In this document: positions 55,191-64,000 of the stretch, in pieces | Position numbering within the stretch: position 1 is the first letter of the stretch | Layout of the letters: each line of letters opens with the position of its first letter | Source of the DNA: the human T2T-CHM13v2.0 reference genome, Homo sapiens | DNA length: 64,000 bases | Reading direction: 5' to 3' (one strand) | Assembly: GCF_009914755.1 (NCBI RefSeq) | Contig: NC_060926.1 | Translations under genes and position numbers: made by a program | Notes under the pieces: generated by a model | What the model was told of the DNA's origin: nothing | Database searches by the model: none | What the model saw: the letters and a program-made list of their open reading frames with translations, nothing else

Positions 55191-58100
55191 TAGAAGCTCA
55201 CGCCTGTTCCAAATTACCACTAGAAGTTTTCAGCTCGCCTCAGCCGTGAGTCATTACCAGGAGGAATAGTTTTTTGAATCAACTTCTGTTTCCTCCCTCA
55301 ACAAATCTATGTATATTTATCAAGACGTATTTGGATGCAGGCTTTTATCTCCCTCTTGACAAAAATGAATGATTATGCACCCAGGTCTTTTATGCACTGA
55401 ACTAAGCTATATCTACTTGGACCTTGTTTTAATTGACTCACCCTTCCCCTAATAGAATAGCGTCCCTTTGAATAGGCAGTATTAGAAAAATAAGAGCCTC
55501 ACAGTAGATTGTGAAAGAAATGTCACATCAGAATCTGGACATTGCTATGACAACCCAGGCCCCGTCTATCACCACTCCCATCAGCATGTGTTGCAAAGGA
55601 AACCCCTTTGCAGTGTTTAATCTGAGAATTTTAATATTAAATACATATTTGACATTGAAAGCTCACACCTTATTTGCTATTGTCAGGCTTGTTTGATAGA
55701 CAGCTAACTCGGTCTCTTTTTATAGTCAATTTCTGAAATGAAACTATAAATTTTGAAGCTGGGCTTCATCATCGCAGAGAGCAAAGCTTTTCTAGCCTAT
55801 TGTTGAAATGTCACATTTTATAGGATTTATGTGGTCCAGATTCAGGAAGATCATTTGCCAAGCACTTAAGGCTGGTTTTGCTGCCCTTTGCTTTTCTCCT
55901 CCCTGCAAATACATATGGTGGCAGGGGGAGAGCCATTAGAAAAGAAAAATTATGAAGAAGAACTTACTTGATTCAATACAAATGTCAGCCTAAGAAAGAA
56001 AAAGTCCTGCACATTTAGTGTGAGGAGCGTTGACTCCAGAAGCCTGCTCTTTGGTGATAGGCATACTGTTTGCTTCTGCAAATGAAGTGGGCATCATATT
56101 TGTTGTGATAGTCAGTGAAAGCCTCTGATTTGGTGCAGCAGTTTGAATTTATGCTCATAATACAAGTTCTCTCCAATATGCTTCCAGGATTCCTTTTGAA
56201 ACTCCATGATATGACAAGCTCTGTGATTTGGTCATATTCCATTTAGCTTGTTTTATTGCTGTTAATTTTACACAGGAAAATAGATTATCTGAAACTTGTG
56301 ATCACAGTCGCTGTCAAGTGGTCAAAAATGAAGAAAACCACCAGACAGTGTCAGATTTATTAAATGCTCTAGGAGTACAAAATTAATGCAGTTCTTTGTC
56401 TTTGAAAGGTTCAGTGTCCACAAGCTGGATTTATCCTAATGGACAAGCAGTGGAAAGAACAGTCGTCAATTAGCTATCTCTTTAGCCAGACTACACGTTG
56501 TCGGAATGCATGTAGGGTGAGCCACCAGTGCACCTAGGCAGACCTCCAATTTGTTCATTTTGACTGTAAGTGACTTAATTTAACATTTTTTCTAAGAAAT
56601 ACATTAGGTAGAATGGTGAAGTTTCCTTTTTTTCATTTTTTTCTTAAAAGAATCACCGGTGAAAAGCCACAGTAAGTAGGCTTCTCACTCCATTTGTTTT
56701 CAATCACCACCCTTAATGCATAAATTTCTGAGTAGCCTGTTACTCTTCCAAGCCCTAAACTGTAGCAGTGAATGTGGATTGGAAAGTTCTGGTGCTGTAT
56801 CCACTGGGTCTATGTTGGGTTTGAACATGTTTTATATGCATAGCATGATTATTCCTGTGCTAGATGATCTTACCTGTGGCCCTTTGTTTTCTGGGTTTTT
56901 TGTTTGTTTTTTTGTTTGTTTGTTTGTTTGTTTTAGCAGGAATGAATTTTGCATTACCCTCTTATGAGTTACAGTGTGCAAAATACTTTGAAAGTAAAGT
57001 TTTGGTTCCCACATGAACCATTTCTCTTTTACACAGCAATCATTTATCACTTATAAGTGTTAATCACTTATTAACAGTAATTTCATCTGCTGAAGAATTT
57101 ATCCCCTAATCATGTGATTTTGTTTCTTCATGTGTGTATGTGTATGCGTGTGTGTATATTTACAGCATTGACATTTTGTATTCAAAAATATTAACTTCTC
57201 ACCTTGGTATTCTGGTAGTGTAATGAAAACATCTGTTACTTGTGTATGGCAATGATGTTTTTACATCTATTTATATTTGTGGGTAGATTCCAAATTGATT
57301 CTATGTGAAGATGCACTTCAAACAAAATTCAGTAACTACATGTCTGGCTTTGGGTTTTTCAAACTGTGGGGTTTCAACCCTGAACATGAAGCCCTGATGC
57401 AGGACTTAATCCTGAACTCTGCAAACGTTTCCTTTTGCACTTCAACCTCCAGTCCCACTTTATATAACATGGAATATTCTTCTGGTTATTATGTAATTCA
57501 TTATCTAAAATATGTTGTGAGCAGATAAGCACAAGGACTCTGAATGTGGCTTGTATATTTTTACAGCAACTCTGTGAATATTCTCTTTGGTGCAGAGTGG
57601 AGATGTGTGTGGAAGCATTCCTCCTGAATTTTTTATAGACTCTCTCCCTTTGCCACTCTAGTTGCTGTCTCCCACAAAATTTGAGTCATACCTCAACTGT
57701 ACAAATCCTCCTTTGATGTTCAGTTGCCCTGAAGTGTGCAGTTGTGGAATATGTCTAAATGTCTCCTGTGAAGAGATTGGAGGCGTTGGTTTTAACAAAA
57801 GCAATAAAATGATTACAGCTGAAAAGCATGCTGGAGGTAAACAGACGTCTGTCCTTGTTGCTGAACCATTGCTCTGTTAAAAAAAAAAATAAGCACATGA
57901 TTTAGCCTCTCTTTGTTGCTCTTGTGTCTAGGAAAGTCAAAAGGAAGGAATTTGATTTTTATTGTCCCCAAGATTTCAGTATAGAGTCAGCCCTACAGTA
58001 TGAGAAACAATATCTTGCTTATCGCCCTGAATTACCATTGTCCAACTGTGAGAGCATTTGCAAGAAGGTGAGAGTGTTTGTGAAATAGACAGAAAGGGAA

Positions 58101-59869
58101 ATCATGTGCTTGGATAAAGCTTTTTGGTTTCTTTAGTGAAGTTTCTGAATTTTCTTCTCTAACCTTGGCACAAAGGCCAACACTCTACATGCAGTAGGCA
58201 CTTAGTAAATTTATTTTGGTGATGGGTGATTGGTCTTTAGTACCATCAACATCCCAACCCAGGGCTAGCCTTGGAGAAGGACACGGAGCAAGGAGAGGTT
58301 TAATTGGGGAAGCCCCACTCCACCTCATCCAACCTTCTACCAGGACATCAAGGTCCTCATGATCTGTAGCTTTCCCTCCTGGCATTACCTCTTGTCCACA
58401 AAGTATTAATTCACGTGCAATGAATGGTGTCTATGGCTACCTAGCACTGTCTGTACTTCAGCGAAGAGTAAAGCCTTGAAGTAAACTGAGGCTGAATTTC
58501 TGGCATCAGCCTGGAGGCAATGGGTGGTCACTAGGGGCGCCCCCATTACCCTGAAAACCTGTCTGTGTGTCTCTCCTCCCTAGTCCGTAATTTCCTTTAC
58601 TAGGCCCAACCAGTTTCTCCTGAAAATATTAATGAGAGCACTTCAAAATGTAGGTTGTTGAATTTTAAATTAACCTAGAGCATCACATTGAGTGGGTTTT
58701 CATGGTTTTCTACATTGTCTGCTGGATGGACTTCCTGGGCAGCAAGCATATCTTATTCCTAACGTCATAGTCTATTCGCTTTTACCCAGAGCCGGGCTTC
58801 ATTTAACAATAAGGAGATGTTTTCGATTTTACCGTATGTGGAATGTAACATTTGCATTTGGCAGTTCTCCCTTTAGTCCTGCTCAAGATTTCAGCTACCT
58901 CGGCAGAGTGCTAGAAAGCGATATGCTTATTAGAAAACTTTATTAATCAGAGTAGAGTGCTATTTGGCAGCCAGATTCTAATGAGGATGAGGAGCTAAAT
59001 TTAATTCAAAGCTAAAGGTCAGCAAATGGTGCTAGCCTACCTTTTTTAAAGTGTGTGAGCTTGGACGTTCTCACAGTTTCCGGACAGTTTCATCTAGAAA
59101 TGTGCATGCTATATTTAGTATGAAAAAGCATGGAAAAGTTTTCTAATAACACCATTTCAGCACACATATATTCCATGAGCATTAATAAGCCAAGCACATT
59201 ACTGCTTGGCTAGACAATTCTTATAGGAGCTGATGGCACTGAGATGTTATAGCAATTGCCAGCCGAAAACAGGAGGCCATAAGAACATGTTACAATGGAA
59301 AGAATTTCAAAAACTTGTAGACGTTTCTTTAAACAATGAACTGTCTGTGGAATATGTGTAAATGGCAGAGTCACTCTCACAAAGTCATGAAGGATATATT
59401 TGTGGTGTTCAGCTTATGTCCCTAGGAAAGAAAAATAGGAAAAAGAAAGTTCTCCAGGCAGTAGATGAAGGTGGTGTTGAGCGGTTTTGGCCCTTGCACA
59501 TGGCCTCCCTATCCTTAAATGGCACCATCATTTCCTCCCTTCTCCTTCCCACTTCTCCTTCATTGCACACTTTCTTATTATCACCTCCCACAAAAACTCA
59601 TTTATTGAACACATCCTAGGTGAGGGCCCTGTGCCAAAGTCTACAGAAGACACAAGAATGATTAAATTCCTCCTATCACTTAGCCACTATTGGGGGACTA
59701 GACAAAGACTCAAAATGTATAAAACCTATGAATGATCACCATGCCACAAAGCAGAAGGTAAGGGCCATAATGTAAGTACAAAGCACTGAGGGAATTCCAA
59801 TGTAGAAAAGACTGCTTTCCTCCAGGAAGGGTTCATGGAATAGCCTGTGCTTAGGAAAAAATGCACCTG

Positions 59870-60900
<1,031 letters not shown>

Positions 60901-61894
60901 GAGTCTTGAAGGATTTCACAGGTAGAGAGTTGTTCCTTAGTTCATGTGGTAGGCCCTGCCACTGGTAAAACAGCCGGAACAGGACCTAGTAGCTCCGTGC
61001 TCTCAACACCTTCTGTTCTTGTGGTGGAAGGCAGACATGGAGAAGTGAGAATTGATAGATAATGAAGTTGATACATTCAGGGGGTGATCATTGCTACAAA
61101 GGAAACAAGCAGGCTAACCAGGTAGAGATTGTCTTGAAGGGTCTACAGATAAAACTGCCAGAGGAGGCACCTCTGACAAGGGAGAATATGCCTTGAGAAC
61201 GTGGAGGCAGAGTGTTTTAGGTGGAAGACCCACCAATGACAGACTCCTGGGGCTGTGACAAGCTTAGGCTATCAAGGAACAGGGGAGAGTGAGAAAGAAT
61301 CTCTCTGTGAGCACAGGAGAAGAATAGGTCAGCAAGGAGGTGGAGAGGGAAACAGGCCAGTTCAGTGACGGGAGGGCCATGTAGACCCTGGGGAATGGTT
61401 TGAGAATTAGGCTAAACGTGATGACAAGGCAGTGGATGTTTTTAAACAATTGATATGATCTTAATTGTATTGTTTTTAAAAGGAGGGGCAAGAATTACTG
61501 GTGGAAGAGGCAGTGTGGTCAAAGGCATAGAGCAGGGTGTGGGTGAAACTGAGGATAAGTTTAGGGAACGATCAGAGCTTCACTGGAGACTGGACTGCAA
61601 GTGGAAGGAAAGCAGGAGGCTGGGGTGGTGTCGACAATGGAAAGAGAGCAAAGAGGTTATTGTCACAGGGAATTCCATGAGCAGAGTTGCATCTTTGGAA
61701 GGCTAATGTGGGAATGTATTAGAGTGAAGGAGTCAGGAGCGGAGAGACTAGCTGCCATGCTACTATGAACCGGGCTCGTGGAAGAAGGAATGCAGGGGAG
61801 GCCACAGTGCTAGAGGCTCATCATTACAACCAACTGAATGTAAGATGCATGGGAGAAACGAAGCCAACAATAATATCAAATAATGTCATAGTAG

Positions 61895-62095
61895 AGCCCA
61901 GTAGTCATTGTGCACCAGGCACTATTCTAATTGCTTTAAATAAAAACTCACTTTGCTCCTCAAAACCACCCTACTTGGTTTTACTCTCATTATCCTTATT
62001 TCAGAGATAAGGAGGTTACACAACTACTCTAAGATAGGGAGATGGAAAGTGGCAGAACCAGAACCCAAGCAATCTGGCTCCAGAGCCTGGGCTCT
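61895..62095 (-). mobile_element. MIR
   Basis: gtgcaccaggcactattctaattgcttta...aagtggcagaaccagaacccaagcaatctggctccagagcc. Confidence 0.75.
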
Positions 62096-62169
62096 AATGC
62101 TGATCATTATTCCCATCTCTAATGAGCACAGAGAAACAATTACGAGCCCAGAAAATAGGAGGGAAAGAA

Positions 62170-62790
62170 GATTTCAATGGAAATGTGAGAAGGTTGTTTC
62201 TGGACAAGTTGAGTGTAAGACATTGGCTCATTTCAAGTTCAAGTGTGGAGCAAGGGTGAGCATGGCTTTTGGAGCTCCCATGAGATGTTGCAGCTAGAGA
62301 GGTGTGTCCTCATGCAGGCGGGCTCTGTTGAGGACCTGCCCCATGCGAGCCACTCCGGGGATCATATGTTGAATAGATGGACAAGTAAATATATGAAATG
62401 CGAGGGAATAGGATAATCAAAGTGCTGGGAGTAAATAGTATCCCCAAGAGTGAAAATATAGACAAGGAGCCTTTAGACTCCAAAGTTTAGAGAATCCTTT
62501 TAGAGAATAGCGAAAGAGACAGTGAAAGAAACAGACAATTAGATTGGAGCAGTAGGAAGGCAACAAAGAAGAGAGACTTGCCACAAGGGTTGCTCTGCCA
62601 TATCTAGTCCAGCAGAGGTTAGGGAGAGTTTTGCTGGGCAGTTTTAGCAGTGGTGAAGGTACAAACCGGATTGTCATCCGCCCAAAAGAAAGGGTGGCAG
62701 ATGGCAAAAGGAGACGGCAGAGGATTGTTTTTTAAAGTTTAGTGAAAGGAGAAGGAAAAGAGAGAGACAGGAGGCAATAGCTTGAAGGGG
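62170..62790 (-). mobile_element. Degraded L2 fragment
   Basis: tggacaagttgagtgtaag...ggagagttttgctgggcagttttagcagtggtg resemble antisense L2 ORF2. Confidence 0.5.
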
Positions 62791-64000
62791 GAGGGGGCGG
62801 TTAGGGGCTACTGGACAGTAATACATCACAAAGGACCCCTAGTTGCTCCAGAGAGAGAAGGAGGAACAACATCTTTGGGGCCTCCCCAGGCGGGGGTGGG
62901 GGGCATTGTATATCCACACCTGTGCTGACAAGGGCAGTGGGGGCCTGATTTGCATAGCAGCAGGATAAAAACCAGCCTCTGGCACCACTGGATTCTTCCC
63001 TGGTAGAAACTCTTCCAGGGTAGGCACATTAGATAAGAGCTACTTGGATTAATTCGGTGACACCATCTTTTAGAATGAGGGTAGAAAGTACTGACGTCAC
63101 CATGCGGCTGATTTTAGAGAAACAATCTATTTCTCCACTGACAAGGATTTGTGGCAGTCAGCAGCTGTTTTATTTCTTTTTTTTTAAAGCTCCCTCCACC
63201 CCTTTCTTCAGACTTCTCTGGACTTACATCTGTCCTCCCAGCTGTGAGCGGCTGAATTCCAGGGTGCAAAACCAAGGGAGACAAGTAGGAGGGGCATACA
63301 AATAATGATTACATGCTGCTTCAGTGTAAATCTCGGTTCATTGTGTGTCCATGGGCACATGCCTTCAAATTCAAGTGCATGCCTCTCTCTCTGCCTTTCA
63401 GTATCTGTCTGTAAACCTTGATGGGATTAAGCATATGTTTTAATAAATATTTTGTTTGCTGTATTCCCATTAATATTCATAGGGAATGGAACACTTTGGG
63501 TTTTGTGATTTCTAATAAACATTGTTGGTGTTGCTAGTCTGTACTGAGCATTCAGTATGCTCCATCAAAATGGCAGCTCTAATTAGGTTCCTTGAATTAG
63601 CTAATGGATTTTGAGAAAGATAGCTTAGAAAGCTCTTACAGCTGTCCAAGATATTCCTGCCATGGCAGAAAGACAAAAGGCCCCTGGAAGCTACAGACTT
63701 CAGAGCTTTAGAAATGCAGCTGACAGTTAAAAAGATAAATTACATTCATATTTTGCCAGTGAAAGTCCTAATACTGAATTAATGTTATTCCTGTAGTGAG
63801 TATCCATTAAGCAGCTCATTTTATTATAAGGATGCATTTTGACCATTAGCTCTTTTTCTTTCCTCGCTCTCCCTCCCCTCTCTCCTTTTTCTCCCTCCAA
63901 TTCCCTAGATATTTTGGACACGGTATTAAAAAGCATCTTTGAAGAAGAGGAAATGATTCCCTTTTTTTCAAGTTATAAATTTAGAAGCTCTCTTAGATAT

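Noticed and set aside
57046-57075. Palindrome cacttataagtg with repeated atcacttat
   Set aside because: Too short and AT-rich to separate from chance, although it resembles the other micro-scars.
58524-58546. tggtcactaggggcgccccc, CTCF-like with palindrome ggggcgcccc
   Set aside because: One G short of the CTCF core spacing on +, and the 5' half mismatches on -.
59188-59211. Hairpin agccaagca-cattac-tgcttggct
   Set aside because: A 9-bp stem can arise by chance in 64 kb; orientation and spacing do not fit an NFI site, and it is too short for a pre-miRNA.

Overview
Primate (very probably human) nuclear DNA: AT-rich, CpG-depleted and largely made of transposon remnants (15 Alus, L1PA/L1MA/L1ME, L2, MIR, CR1/L3, MaLR LTRs, hAT and Tigger DNA-transposon fossils). 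I can support only one coding segment, a 303-bp internal exon on the + strand (20649-20951, AG/GT-bounded, phase 2-2). Its translation (IGAKHQELREKQARGLLDYATG...EGLYAKVNKPYHPLVPAD) I recognise as the C-terminal region of PARD3B (Par-3 family polarity regulator beta). The rest is intron (>20 kb upstream, >43 kb downstream). All other ORFs in the track are Alu-derived or chance. I see no RNA genes, CRISPR arrays or intact mobile elements, and no clear new multi-gene system. The most unusual signal is a recurring scar architecture: 64-103 bp segments copied in direct orientation from 1-2.2 kb upstream into old repeats, with fold-back or micro-duplicated junctions. Other points of note are an in-frame stop plus AATAAA overlapping the exon's 5' splice site, an EPIYA-like EGLYAKVNK motif, closely spaced inverted Alus and a few candidate enhancer motif clusters. 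Repeat subfamily names come from remembered consensus sequences, and the boundaries of old repeats are approximate.
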